A stretch of 64,000 nucleotides of DNA from positions 2,048,001 through 2,112,000 of the forward strand of contig OY761611.1 of assembly GCA_963664875.1 (NCBI GenBank). The letters are read 5' to 3'. Made by a program: the position numbers and the translations under genes. Shown here in pieces: positions 1 through 9,797 of the stretch (its first letter is position 1; each line of letters opens with the position of its first letter). The notes under the pieces are model-generated. The model searched no databases, was not told the origin of the DNA, and was given only the letters and a program-made list of their open reading frames with translations. This DNA comes from Candidatus Kapaibacterium sp. (GTDB lineage Bacteria; Bacteroidota; Ignavibacteria; Kapaibacteriales; UBA2268).

Positions 1-10
1 AGAGGCGTTA

Positions 11-1033
11 GTGCTTACCCATTTGCCAAATATAAGATATATGACAAATTTCTCCGGCTCCAATGCTGTTCTTTTTATCACAGAAACTGAGTTACATTTA
101 CTCACAGATGACAGATACGAAGAGCAAATTAAAGAAGAGCTGTATGGCTTGCCTAATCTGAAAACTCACATCACCCGTGACCCTTGGACTTATGCTATTG
201 AAAATAAGATTCTCAAAAAAACTGTTTCTTTAGGATTTGAAGCAGACCACTTAGAGTACTCTGCTGCTATTAACATCAGAAACCAGATTAGACCGATTAA
301 ATTCAAACCGGCTTCTAATCTTGTTGAGCCTTTCACCCAACCCAAGGCTGATGAAGAATTGGAGTACTTAAAAAAAGCTGCTGAAATAGCGGAAACTGTT
401 TACAAAGAAATGTTAGATTTCATTGAGCCGGGCAAGACTGAAAAAGAAATTGCTGCAGAAATTTCTTATAGAGGAAGAAAACTCGGAGCAGAGGACGAAT
501 CGTTCGATATAATTGTTGCAAGCGGCGAGCGTGCTGCATTTGTACATGGGAAGCCTACAGATAAGAAAATTAAAAAAGGTGACATTGTCATCATGGATTT
601 TGGCTTCAAGGTCAATGGATTCTGTTCTGATATAACAAGAACAATTGCAGTAGGGAAAGCCACTAAAGAGCAAAAAGATGTTTATGCATTGCTACGCAAC
701 GCTCAACAGAAAGCTATCGAAAGTGTTCGCCCTGCCATGAACGGAAAACATTTGGATAGCATAGCCAGAGATCTTATCGCAGAAGCCGGCTATGGCAACT
801 ACTTCCAGCATAGTCTCGGACACGGCATCGGACTCGAAGCACACGAAATTCCAACTATTACTTTCAGAATGGAAGATCAGATGATTCCCGAAAATGCCGT
901 TTTGGCTATTGAGCCGGGCGTTTATATTCCGGGAAAATTTGGAATGAGAATAGAAGATATGATTCAAGTAACAAGAAGTGGTGGTGTGAAAATTACCAAC
1001 GCTCCCGACGAACTTGTAATTATAGACAAATAA
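11..1033 (+). CDS. Xaa-Pro aminopeptidase/dipeptidase, M24B family (5' end probably outside window)
   Basis: Creatinase-like N-domain (YMTNFSGS, TDDRY); pita-bread metal ligands DFG..SDITRT, HSLGHGIG, EPGVY, RIED. Confidence 0.93.
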   Translation: MLTHLPNIRYMTNFSGSNAVLFITETELHLLTDDRYEEQIKEELYGLPNLKTHITRDPWTYAIENKILKKTVSLGFEADHLEYSAAINIRNQIRPIKFKPASNLVEPFTQPKADEELEYLKKAAEIAETVYKEMLDFIEPGKTEKEIAAEISYRGRKLGAEDESFDIIVASGERAAFVHGKPTDKKIKKGDIVIMDFGFKVNGFCSDITRTIAVGKATKEQKDVYALLRNAQQKAIESVRPAMNGKHLDSIARDLIAEAGYGNYFQHSLGHGIGLEAHEIPTITFRMEDQMIPENAVLAIEPGVYIPGKFGMRIEDMIQVTRSGGVKITNAPDELVIIDK

Positions 1034-1057
1034 AATATCTTGCACAAGATTTAAGCT

Positions 1058-1096
1058 CAGCCTGTTGGATAGTATTCGACAGGCTGTTTTTTTTTT
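1058..1096 (+). terminator. Intrinsic terminator
   Basis: CAGCCTGT..ACAGGCTG hairpin followed by a T10 run just after the peptidase stop. Confidence 0.85.
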
Positions 1097-1420
1097 GATT
1101 TGACTATAATAAAATCAACTTTAATTTCCATTAGAAAGTATGAGATAATCATCCTATAATACTTTGAATTATAATTTAATCCCCCATTTGGTCTTAATCA
1201 TAGTGAATAATCCATAAAGGATTAGGAATCCCTATTGTTTTGATTTTGTTTTATTAAAAACAGCATATTCTTATATAAATTATATACATTCATTATTTAA
1301 CCCCTTTCACATGCGAACTCTCTGAAGCTGAATGAAATGACCTTATAGAAATACAACAATATATACTGACTATATGCATCTATTTATTATAAAGTCAAAT
1401 TTTGGGGAATTGGAGGCATT

Positions 1421-3421
1421 ATGAAACTGGTTGGATACTCTTTCTTATTATTAGCATTGGCTATAAGCTCACTATCTGCACAAGATTCAGAGGACTTGTT
1501 AGAAATGTCCCTGGAAGATTTGATGAATATTGAAGTCACTGTGGCTTCGAAATCTAAGGAATCGCTTAGCGATGCTCCTTCCTCTGTCACTGTATTTACT
1601 GGTACAGAAATCAGAAATATGGGTTTGCATACTTTAGAAGATTTACTAAACTATGTTCCCGGTTTCCAAACAACAAGAGACGTTGAACAAGGAACTGCAA
1701 CACGAATTTCTTCTCGTGGACGTGGCTCAGCTCTTTCTGAATCAGTATTATTCTTATTAAACGGACAAAGACTAAACGACCTTTATACAGGTGGTGTTTC
1801 TATTTTAAATAGACTTATCGCTGTTGATAATATCAAACAGGTAGAAATTATTAGAGGTCCGGGGTCAGCATTATATGGATCTAATGCTTTTTTGGGTGTA
1901 GTCAATATTGTTACAAATGATGATGAAAATGATATACATCTTGGTTATGGTACTCATAACTATAAATCTGCTTCTATTAATGCCTCTAAAGATTTAGCCA
2001 ATGACATCAAGGCTTCTGCTTATGTAGGTATCTTCTCAGAAGACGGACATGAATATGAAAATTTGTCAGATATTTATGGGAACACTCAAAAAACTCACGA
2101 CCCAAGCAGAGGTTTTGATGCCTTAGGTACTATCAGCTATAAAGCTCTAACGTTCTCAGCTCGCTTTATGGAAAGAAATGTAGCAGACTTCCTTACCTTC
2201 GGTACTCTTGCTAATCACCTTAACGACGAAAACACAAGCCAATCAAGCTTTAGTTTAGATTACGACTTTGATGTAAATGAAGACTTTAATGTATCTTTGA
2301 GAGCTGCATACTCTTATGACCACTGGGATGCGAAATCTATCTTAATTCCTAAGGATCTTGAAATTGCTCCGGACTTTGCTCTTTCTGAAAACTTTGCAGG
2401 TGGCCCATTCTTAGAGTCTCACAATATGGGATTGTTTGCTGATATGGGCTATCAACTAATGGAAGATAACAATTTGATTTTTGGCTTCTCTTATGAGCAA
2501 TCAGGGATTGACGAAGTCATGAATGTTATGACTCATAATCCAATTACTCTTGAATATCAGGGCAATTATCAGGATTATGATGGGAATTTGAGTTTTAATG
2601 AATTAAATGACAGAACTATACTTGGCGTATATGCTCAGGATAAACATAACTTTGGCAAGTCTTTAGCTATTACTGCCGGTTTTAGATATGACAATTATAA
2701 CGATTTCGGTTCTTCGTTCAATCCAAGAGCAGCAGTTGTATATAACACTCCATTCAAATCAACTCTAAAGGTAATGTATGGTAACGCATTTAGGGCACCT
2801 AATTTTTTGGAGCTTTACGACAAAAACAATCCAGTTGACTTTGGTAATCCTGATTTGAAAGCTGAAAAGGTAAGTACCATTGAGTTTGCTTATATCCAAA
2901 AATTTGAAGGATTCCAGGCAACGGTAACTTATTTCCAAAATAACATTAAAGATTTGATTACACTTGATTTTGCTAACCCTGCTCCTGAAGATGAAAATAA
3001 TCCACTTGGAGCTCCGGGCTTTATCAATGCAGGTGAAGTAGATACAAAAGGTATTGAGTTTGAAGTAAAAACATCTCCTGTTAAAAATCTATTGATTTAC
3101 GGTAGTTTTACAAACTTGTTTGATGCAGAAACTCTTCCTGTATCTGCTATGTTTGGCTCTTTATTTATAAATTATTCAGTGGCTGGCTTTAATCTTAATG
3201 TAAATGGTATTTACAGAGATAAAATGGAATTGTTACCAACTCAAGATGGTTACTTTGTCTTAAACACAGCAATTTCTTACAAACTTACAAACAATCTGAA
3301 AATCAAACTTAGTGCTCTTAACTTGACAGATGAAGAGTATTATACTATCACTAATATGCTTCCTACCGGTGTTGTAAACAGAGGTATGAGTCTTGTAGGT
3401 GGTGTACAGGTTAGTTTGTAA
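1421..3421 (+). CDS. TonB-dependent outer-membrane receptor
   Basis: Signal peptide, MSLEDLMNIEVTVAS N-terminus, plug motif VEIIRGPGSALYGSNA, barrel motifs AFRAP, NPDLKAE, NLTDEEY; GGAGG upstream. Confidence 0.93.
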   Translation: MKLVGYSFLLLALAISSLSAQDSEDLLEMSLEDLMNIEVTVASKSKESLSDAPSSVTVFTGTEIRNMGLHTLEDLLNYVPGFQTTRDVEQGTATRISSRGRGSALSESVLFLLNGQRLNDLYTGGVSILNRLIAVDNIKQVEIIRGPGSALYGSNAFLGVVNIVTNDDENDIHLGYGTHNYKSASINASKDLANDIKASAYVGIFSEDGHEYENLSDIYGNTQKTHDPSRGFDALGTISYKALTFSARFMERNVADFLTFGTLANHLNDENTSQSSFSLDYDFDVNEDFNVSLRAAYSYDHWDAKSILIPKDLEIAPDFALSENFAGGPFLESHNMGLFADMGYQLMEDNNLIFGFSYEQSGIDEVMNVMTHNPITLEYQGNYQDYDGNLSFNELNDRTILGVYAQDKHNFGKSLAITAGFRYDNYNDFGSSFNPRAAVVYNTPFKSTLKVMYGNAFRAPNFLELYDKNNPVDFGNPDLKAEKVSTIEFAYIQKFEGFQATVTYFQNNIKDLITLDFANPAPEDENNPLGAPGFINAGEVDTKGIEFEVKTSPVKNLLIYGSFTNLFDAETLPVSAMFGSLFINYSVAGFNLNVNGIYRDKMELLPTQDGYFVLNTAISYKLTNNLKIKLSALNLTDEEYYTITNMLPTGVVNRGMSLVGGVQVSL

Positions 3422-3448
3422 ATATTATTTAGAATTATACTTTTTAGT

Positions 3449-3490
3449 AAAAAAACAGCTGTAAGGTTAAGACTTACAGCTGTTTTTTTT
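3449..3490. terminator. Bidirectional intrinsic terminator
   Basis: A7-CAGCTGTAAG..CTTACAGCTG-T8. Confidence 0.85.
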
Positions 3491-3522
3491 GTATCTTTGA
3501 TAAAATCATACTCATATAGAAT
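3483..3522 (+). repeat. ~40-bp direct repeat copy 1 containing a TAnnTTTG promoter element (copy 2 at 4522-4561)
   Basis: TTTTTTTGTATCTTTGATAAAATCATACT(C/T)ATATAGAATA occurs upstream of both the 3535 and 4567 genes. Confidence 0.85.
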
Positions 3523-3534
3523 AACAGATTTATC

Positions 3535-4215
3535 GTGAAAACAATTTACTCCAAGTCAATTTATATACCCCTTCTCGTAATGCTAATTGCCTTATTGTCC
3601 TGTAGTAGGGAGAAATTTGTTGATTTAGATTATTACGAAGCAAAAATTTGCACATCTTTTGATACTATTGATATGAAGGATTCCCTCAATATTATCATTA
3701 CTATCAAAAATGTGGATACTATTCCAATTATTTATCCGGGAGTGAATGGATTCTTTGCAGCATACGGATTCAATATTATTGAGTATGCAACAACATCATT
3801 TTATTCAGGTTTCATTCTGAAAAACTATAAGGCTGGGTGGTTGCTTGGTAGTTCAGGATTGGACAACGTTCTACCTTTTTTTTATAGAATTTTACCTAAC
3901 AAGTCTTTGAGGCTATCTTTATATGTGCCTTATTATGTGGAATATGATTCTTTGGCAAAACATTATAAAACTTTTGTTTCTCTTGATAGTTACGATTCCC
4001 TACCTAAAAGAATATGTGGTGAATTGTATTCTGGTCAGGATAGCTTGACTTATGATTTTATCACATTCCCGGAAAAGATTACTGATGTATATTTAGATAA
4101 TTACATTACACTAAATATTGATACTCTATTCTACTCAACTACAATAATGGGAGGAGCTGCGACAAAACATACAGTCCCATACAGTCCCATACAGTCCATA
4201 TTATTATGGTCATAG
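3535..4215 (+). CDS. Hypothetical lipoprotein, probably frameshifted near its 3' end (alternative stop at 4315)
   Basis: Lipobox LLSC; CATACAGTCC x3 at 4168-4197; removing one unit extends the frame to TGA 4313-4315. Confidence 0.65.
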   Translation: MKTIYSKSIYIPLLVMLIALLSCSREKFVDLDYYEAKICTSFDTIDMKDSLNIIITIKNVDTIPIIYPGVNGFFAAYGFNIIEYATTSFYSGFILKNYKAGWLLGSSGLDNVLPFFYRILPNKSLRLSLYVPYYVEYDSLAKHYKTFVSLDSYDSLPKRICGELYSGQDSLTYDFITFPEKITDVYLDNYITLNIDTLFYSTTIMGGAATKHTVPYSPIQSILLWS

Positions 4216-4372
4216 TAAAAAAGTAGAGAAATTTTTTGATCTCTTAAATATACACAGGCAAGAAATCGTTTTAGATTTTAAAACACCAGGGTTGAAGCGA
4301 AAACATTGGCGTTGATTGCTATATTGTAGTTAGTATTTTCATTTGTCATATCACAAAATTTTATATATTGTA

Positions 4373-4429
4373 TTCAACATGCTTGCCCCGCTTCCCATTA
4401 GAACAGCGCGCTAAGGGTAAGCTTTTTTT
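4373..4429 (+). ncRNA. Orphan abiF-type structured RNA (putative antitoxin RNA)
   Basis: Same fold and inner loop as the element upstream of the Abi gene at 52.3 kb: GCTTGCCC/GGGTAAGC outer stem, CGCT-TCCCATTAGAAC-AGCG inner hairpin, T7 tail. Confidence 0.72.
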
Positions 4430-4521
4430 GCCTGCCATTAAATGAACTTTAGATATAATATACAAAATCTTTTGTTTATTGTTTTGAATATTTCCTCTCC
4501 TCTTAAGCTTATAATATCTCC

Positions 4522-4561
4522 TTTTTTTGTATCTTTGATAAAATCATACTTATATAGAATA
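4522..4561 (+). promoter_or_regulatory. ~40-bp direct repeat copy 2, likely promoter of the response regulator
   Basis: Contains TATCTTTG (Bacteroidota-type -7 element) about 30 nt before ATG 4567. Confidence 0.6.
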
Positions 4562-4566
4562 CTATT

Positions 4567-5937
4567 ATGGCTGATATAAAACTTCTTATTGTTGATGACG
4601 AGCAGTCGCAGGCAGATGCTCTTGCCGGCTTTTTCAAAAAGCGGGGATTTGCCGTTTTTACTGCTTATAATTTGAATGATGTAAAAAATGTGCTCGAATC
4701 TGAGGCAGTTGACATTTGCTTATCGGATTTGAAGCTGAAAGATACAACCGGAGCGGAAGTGCTATCGCTTGTCAAGCAGAAGAATCCTCACACTCCCGTT
4801 GTGATTATGACGGCTTACGGTTCGGTAGATGATGCTGTCGGTCTAATGAAAGAAGGTGCTTTTGACTTTATCCAAAAGCCAATCGATCTTAAAGAGCTGA
4901 CTGCTATAATCTCCAAGGCTGAAGACAACTGCTATCTTGTTTCAGAAAATACTAAGCTGAAAGAAGAGCTTGCCTGCTCCACTTCCTTTGATAATATCAT
5001 TTCTCACAGCAAGGCTATGGAGCAGGTTCTTAATACTGCTGCAAGAGTCGCTCCGTCAAAGGCGGGTGTGCTTATTCGCGGGGAAAGCGGAACAGGTAAG
5101 GAACTAATTGCTAAGGCAATTCATCTTAACTCCCCTCGCAAGGATAAACCATTTATTGTTGTGAACTGTGCGGCAATGCCTGATACGCTTTTTGAAAGTG
5201 AACTATTCGGACATGAAAAGGGTTCGTTTACAGGTGCGGTGAAACAGCGCATAGGCAAGTTTGAGGAAGCTAACGGTGGAACACTATTTATAGACGAAGC
5301 TGGCGACATCCCTCCCCAGATACAGGTCAAACTCCTTCGAGCTATTCAGTTTGGCGAGATACAGCGCCTTGGCAGCAATGAAGTCATAAAACCCGACGTT
5401 AGAATCATTGCTGCAACAAACAGAGATTTAGAGAAAATGATTTCCGAAGGTGATTTCCGGGAGGATTTATACTACCGTTTTAATATAGTAACTATCAAAC
5501 TCCCTGCACTCAGAGAGCGTAAAGAAGATGTGCCTTATCTGATTGACCATTTTATAAAGTCGTTTAGCGAAATAAACGGCAAAAGTGTTAGCTCTATCAG
5601 CAAAGAGGCACTGGCAGAACTGATTAACTACAGCTTCCCCGGCAATATCCGTGAGCTCGAAAATATAATACAAAGGGCTGTTGTTCTTTCTCGCGACAAT
5701 ATGGTTAAACTGCAGGATTTGCCTGAAGAAATCAAAGGACACTCCCGAACAGAATCAGTTGACTGCGACCATCTATCTCTGGGCAATCTCAACCAAAAAG
5801 TAGAGAATTTAGAAAAAGCACTTATAAACAAAGCCCTTTCGGAATCAGGCGGCAATCAGGTAAAAGCCGCAGAACTCTTAGAAATATCGGAACGCACTCT
5901 GCGATATAAGATATCTAAGTATAAGATAAAGGGGTAA
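4567..5937 (+). CDS. Sigma-54-dependent response regulator, NtrC/AtoC family
   Basis: REC domain (VDDE, SDLK, TAYG, KP), AAA+ (GESGTGKE, ELFGHEKGSFTGA, FREDLYYR, PGNIREL), Fis-type HTH. Confidence 0.95.
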   Translation: MADIKLLIVDDEQSQADALAGFFKKRGFAVFTAYNLNDVKNVLESEAVDICLSDLKLKDTTGAEVLSLVKQKNPHTPVVIMTAYGSVDDAVGLMKEGAFDFIQKPIDLKELTAIISKAEDNCYLVSENTKLKEELACSTSFDNIISHSKAMEQVLNTAARVAPSKAGVLIRGESGTGKELIAKAIHLNSPRKDKPFIVVNCAAMPDTLFESELFGHEKGSFTGAVKQRIGKFEEANGGTLFIDEAGDIPPQIQVKLLRAIQFGEIQRLGSNEVIKPDVRIIAATNRDLEKMISEGDFREDLYYRFNIVTIKLPALRERKEDVPYLIDHFIKSFSEINGKSVSSISKEALAELINYSFPGNIRELENIIQRAVVLSRDNMVKLQDLPEEIKGHSRTESVDCDHLSLGNLNQKVENLEKALINKALSESGGNQVKAAELLEISERTLRYKISKYKIKG

Positions 5938-6074
5938 AGTTGGTAAACTAATTGAGGCTAAAGAAATTAACAACAATTGATTATATAATTATATATTTAA
6001 ATGCGTTATAGTAAATTATATTACATTATATTTGCATTTATATAATCTATTTATACCTTTTTGGAATTTATCTA

Positions 6075-7154
6075 ATGAAAACTTTAATATTGCTAATTTC
6101 TATTGCTCTGACATCCTCTGTATATGCTGACATAATAGAACTTAATGTAATAGACTACAGAACCGGCGAAAAATTAGTTCCTGAGCAGCTGGTAGTTACA
6201 GATTTAGCTACTAATGCAGATTACATATTTGAAAATACTTCCTCTTTTGATACAGACGCATTGACGAGTGTAACTCAAAATGCTTCTATATCCCAAGGAC
6301 TCAAAATCTATCCTAATCCTGTCGCAGACAGATGTTATATCGAAATATTTTCTAACGGAAACAAATCAGATAATCTGCTTATCTCAAACTCATTGGGACA
6401 GTCTCAAACAATTCCTATTTCCTTGGTGCAAGGCGATAATGTATTTGAATTGAGTCAGCATAATTTGACAGTTGGCACCTATTATGTAACAACTTCTGAA
6501 TACAGTTCAATTCTCAATCTGACAAATACGGGGAAAAGCAATTCAACTACACTGGAACGAGTTTCAACATCCGAAGCAATGTCGAGTATGATTCTGACTC
6601 CTGTTGGCGGTATATATAGCGTTTTTATTAGAAAAGCAGGGTATAGCAATTATAAATTCTCAAATACCGACTTAACTACAATAATGGATACAGTAAAATT
6701 AGTCAACCTTGACGATTTCATTTACGAATCTACAAAATTTTCATTTAGAAAAATGTCTGCAGTAATTACCGAAATAATTCAGGATCAGTACGGGAATGTT
6801 CAAGAAACACATACTCCCTATGAGCCACACTTTGAAGGAGAAATAACAGATAGTAAAATCTTTTTTGATGAAGATTACGATAGTGATTATATGCATGTCA
6901 CCATAGAATCAAGCACGAATATTAAAGGCATAGAATTTACTTTAGATGGCTGGTGGCGCTTCCCTTTTGATTCCATAGTCGTTGACGAAAATAGAAAATT
7001 TAGTCTAAAATTTAACTACGAATACCTTCAAAAATATCATAATCCTGTTTATATCACAAGTCCAACCATTGAATATCGAAGATGGCTGGAAACATTCTAC
7101 GAAGATTACACAAATTCTGACTTCATTGAAGTGTTTGGAAGTGTAGCAAAGTAA
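6075..7154 (+). CDS. Secreted hypothetical protein with internal T9SS-CTD-like segment
   Basis: Signal peptide; LKIYPNPV...NSLGQ...GTYYV segment in the N-terminal half. Confidence 0.65.
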   Translation: MKTLILLISIALTSSVYADIIELNVIDYRTGEKLVPEQLVVTDLATNADYIFENTSSFDTDALTSVTQNASISQGLKIYPNPVADRCYIEIFSNGNKSDNLLISNSLGQSQTIPISLVQGDNVFELSQHNLTVGTYYVTTSEYSSILNLTNTGKSNSTTLERVSTSEAMSSMILTPVGGIYSVFIRKAGYSNYKFSNTDLTTIMDTVKLVNLDDFIYESTKFSFRKMSAVITEIIQDQYGNVQETHTPYEPHFEGEITDSKIFFDEDYDSDYMHVTIESSTNIKGIEFTLDGWWRFPFDSIVVDENRKFSLKFNYEYLQKYHNPVYITSPTIEYRRWLETFYEDYTNSDFIEVFGSVAK

Positions 7155-7258
7155 GATAGTTCAATTATATCTAAACATAGTATATCTAAGTACAAGATGC
7201 AGGGGGTGGCTATTGGTATTTAGTTTTGTTGGACGAGGTCAAACTATAGATTAATAAG

Positions 7259-7648
7259 TTGATTTTTGGAATATTGTTTATTGCTATGCAACATATATCT
7301 GAACCAATATTTAAAAGATATAATTTGGATAAGATTGTTCTACAAAATTCAAATAACAGTGGAAAATCGAATTTATTTGCTGATTCAGTAATAGATGTTA
7401 GTTTTAATCTCTACATGAAAGACACATTTTTGACGGTTGTTTCTGAAGTTTACAATTCAAAAATTAGCTATCCTGTTCATATCGTTGGGGATACTCTTCG
7501 GGTTTATGACTTAATGCGTTTTATTGATTTTATTCCAAATGGTGATTCTATTATAACCGGATTAGGTAAATTTCCTTCAACAAAAGTGATTACAAAAGAT
7601 CGGGATGTTGTATTTAATGAAAGACCAAATTGGTTTTTATTGAATTAA
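7259..7648 (+). CDS. Hypothetical protein or gene fragment
   Basis: AT-rich 129-aa ORF with TTG start; no recognisable motif. Confidence 0.4.
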   Translation: MIFGILFIAMQHISEPIFKRYNLDKIVLQNSNNSGKSNLFADSVIDVSFNLYMKDTFLTVVSEVYNSKISYPVHIVGDTLRVYDLMRFIDFIPNGDSIITGLGKFPSTKVITKDRDVVFNERPNWFLLN

Positions 7649-7668
7649 TGTGGCTAAAGAGGCTAAAA

Positions 7669-8298
7669 ATGAAATTTTTGTATAATATAATCCTGATAAC
7701 ACTGATGTTTACTTGTAATACTGGATTCAGTATAAAACTTGATACTGATACAAGTATAAAATATATTACTTTAGATGTGAGTATTACTAATTCTCGAAAT
7801 CAATTTGACAGTTTGAATGTATTTCAATATGATTTTGATATGATATATCAAACTTCTATAAAGAAGAGAGAAGATTTGCAAAAAGAAAGCCAGACATACA
7901 TTTTTAGTTATATTTATTCTTGTAGTCGGGCTCGAATTATATATATTCCTTACAAGTATAACCAAACTTTTATGATAAGTTTAAATGATACTTTGTTTAA
8001 TGGAGATTATATTGAGTCAATTGTTAAGTCATATGGAGGATTAAGGGTTTATTCATCAGAAATATTGTTAAAAGAACCAGATTATTATAAAGAATGGATT
8101 GTTATAAGAATCCATACAGAAGAAAAGCTTGATACTTCGAGTAAATATAAAAGTTACACTTATATTACTAAAGAAGATGTAGAAGAAAAAGATAAAGATA
8201 AAAATAAGCAATATATAAAGAAAACTACCATTAGTGGAGATACTTTGTATATCAATCTTTTTATCGATTTAGACAAAACTTCTGTAATAAGATATTAA
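7669..8298 (+). CDS. Exported hypothetical protein, candidate orphan immunity protein
   Basis: MKFLYNIILITLMFTC signal-like start at 7669; very AT-rich; immediately followed by an Rhs-core repeat like the immunity genes of the main array. Confidence 0.55.
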   Translation: MKFLYNIILITLMFTCNTGFSIKLDTDTSIKYITLDVSITNSRNQFDSLNVFQYDFDMIYQTSIKKREDLQKESQTYIFSYIYSCSRARIIYIPYKYNQTFMISLNDTLFNGDYIESIVKSYGGLRVYSSEILLKEPDYYKEWIVIRIHTEEKLDTSSKYKSYTYITKEDVEEKDKDKNKQYIKKTTISGDTLYINLFIDLDKTSVIRY

Positions 8299-8356
8299 AG
8301 AATATGTTATTGATTAGGTTGACAAAAATGGCAAATTCCTATACTTAAAAACATTT

Positions 8357-8517
8357 AAACAATACGAGCTAACAGACCACCTTGGCAATGTACAGCTTAC
8401 TTTTTCTCATTATAAATATAGAGAAAGCTATAGTCTGCCACGTTTGAAAGTTCTTTCAAAAAGTGATTACTATCCCTTTGGGATGTTAGTGCCGGATAAC
8501 TACTATCAGGATGGCAG
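8357..8517 (+). repeat. Rhs-core repeat without toxin tip
   Basis: Encodes KQYELTDHLGNV...LPRLKVLSKSDYYPFGMLVPDNYYQDG; near-identical to repeats at 28-45 kb. Confidence 0.92.
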
Positions 8518-8524
8518 AAAAAAA

Positions 8525-8708
8525 ATTCCCCTCGTTGAGGGGTGGCACGCAGTGCCGGGGTGGAATCTCTCGATGCACAACTGTTTCAATGTAGGAAAAT
8601 GTAATTTATATAGATAAATTTTGCGATATTTTTTTCGGGGGAAGTGATTTATATTAGGTTTTATCCACCCCGCCCTCGCTTCGCTCACGCACCCCTCAAG
8701 AGGGGAAT
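8525..8708 (+). mobile_element. 184-bp MITE/REPIN-like element, intact copy
   Basis: Terminal inverted repeats ATTCCCCTC(G)TTGAGGGGTG / CACCCCTCAAGAGGGGAAT; further copies at 30454, 37306 and 41145. Confidence 0.85.
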
Positions 8709-8731
8709 GGAGCAGGTTTTGAGATGTTTTT

Positions 8732-8941
8732 CGCCAAATCGGTCACAAACAATACGAACTAACTGACCATTTAGGCAACGTGCGACTAACTTTTGAAGAT
8801 TATAAATATTTTACTGATACTCTGCCAAGACCACGCTTAAAAGTTCTTTCAAGAAATGATTATTATCCCTTTGGGATGTTAGTGCCGGATAACTATTATC
8901 AGGATGGCAGCACATTAGCTCGCTTCAAAGGTCTCTGAGCG
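8732..8941 (+). repeat. Rhs-core repeat, divergent allele (YKYFTDTLPRPRL), ending in ARFKGL-stop
   Basis: RQIGHKQYELTDHLGNV...YYPFGM...STLARF then AAAGGTCTCTGAGCG, the start of the hairpin insertion also seen at 33.66 and 40.88 kb. Confidence 0.88.
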
Positions 8942-9185
8942 ATTCTATCCATACACTCAAGATAAAAAAGATGTAGATTGTATTACGGCATATTTTTCTT
9001 ATGTATTCAAACCTATTGAAGGGATAACAAGAGCTTCGGATGATGATAGATTAGGACCTTTGGATTCTCATTATATCGAAAATTATAAGTGAGTTTTCAA
9101 TATTAAACCAAATAAACCTGGATATATTGAACCTAATCAAAATAAAACTATTGACTCAGAAGCAGGAGAATCAGATGAACCATAA
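8937..9185 (+). pseudogene. Remnant of an Rhs toxin tip
   Basis: Frame ERFYPYTQDK...EAGESDEP with one internal TGA (9090-9092); its stop overlaps the ATG (9175) of the next gene, as in the toxin/immunity pairs. Confidence 0.55.
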
Positions 9186-9762
9186 AATTAAAATTTTATT
9201 GATGTTTTTGTTCGTAATTATTATAGGTTTTATAATGTTTGGGAAAATCTTAAAGACCAAATATTATTTATATAATTATAAAAAAAGTAGTGATGCGATA
9301 TTTTATCAAAATGTACAAGATGTAGTTAGTGATTCAATTAGATCTTGGATAGAAAAAAACTATAGAGGTTTTGAAAAAGATGATAAAGTTATATATAAAT
9401 CTTCAAAATATTTATATTTTAACTCAAGTAAAGATAAATGTATTACATTTATATATGAATTTAACGCAAAGCCGGGGAATAGTAATATAATTAGGACAGT
9501 ATGTTTGTTTAAAAAAAACGAATACTGGAATGTTTTCACATACTCACTTCCTACATGGTATTATTTTGATGATGTGATACGTGGCTCTAATGTTACCTAT
9601 CAAATACAACAATATTACGACAAATATGAAGAAGAGTTTTTGGATAGAATGGTTCCAAAGTATTATAAATACTTCTTTTGTATAAACGATGGTATGTTTA
9701 ACTACGAAGAAAAACAGCTTCTTAAAAAACATAATAAACTCAAATATAGACATTTAAAATAA
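9175..9762 (+). CDS. Membrane-anchored hypothetical protein, candidate orphan immunity protein
   Basis: N-terminal TM helix; lies between a toxin remnant and the next Rhs repeat. Confidence 0.6.
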   Translation: MNHKIKILLMFLFVIIIGFIMFGKILKTKYYLYNYKKSSDAIFYQNVQDVVSDSIRSWIEKNYRGFEKDDKVIYKSSKYLYFNSSKDKCITFIYEFNAKPGNSNIIRTVCLFKKNEYWNVFTYSLPTWYYFDDVIRGSNVTYQIQQYYDKYEEEFLDRMVPKYYKYFFCINDGMFNYEEKQLLKKHNKLKYRHLK

Positions 9763-9797
9763 GTAACATTCTGATTATTTTTTGAAATTCATTCTTT

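Noticed and set aside
4442-4579. Short ORF after the orphan abiF-type RNA
   Set aside because: AT-rich, overlaps the regulator promoter and start, and shows no Abi motifs.
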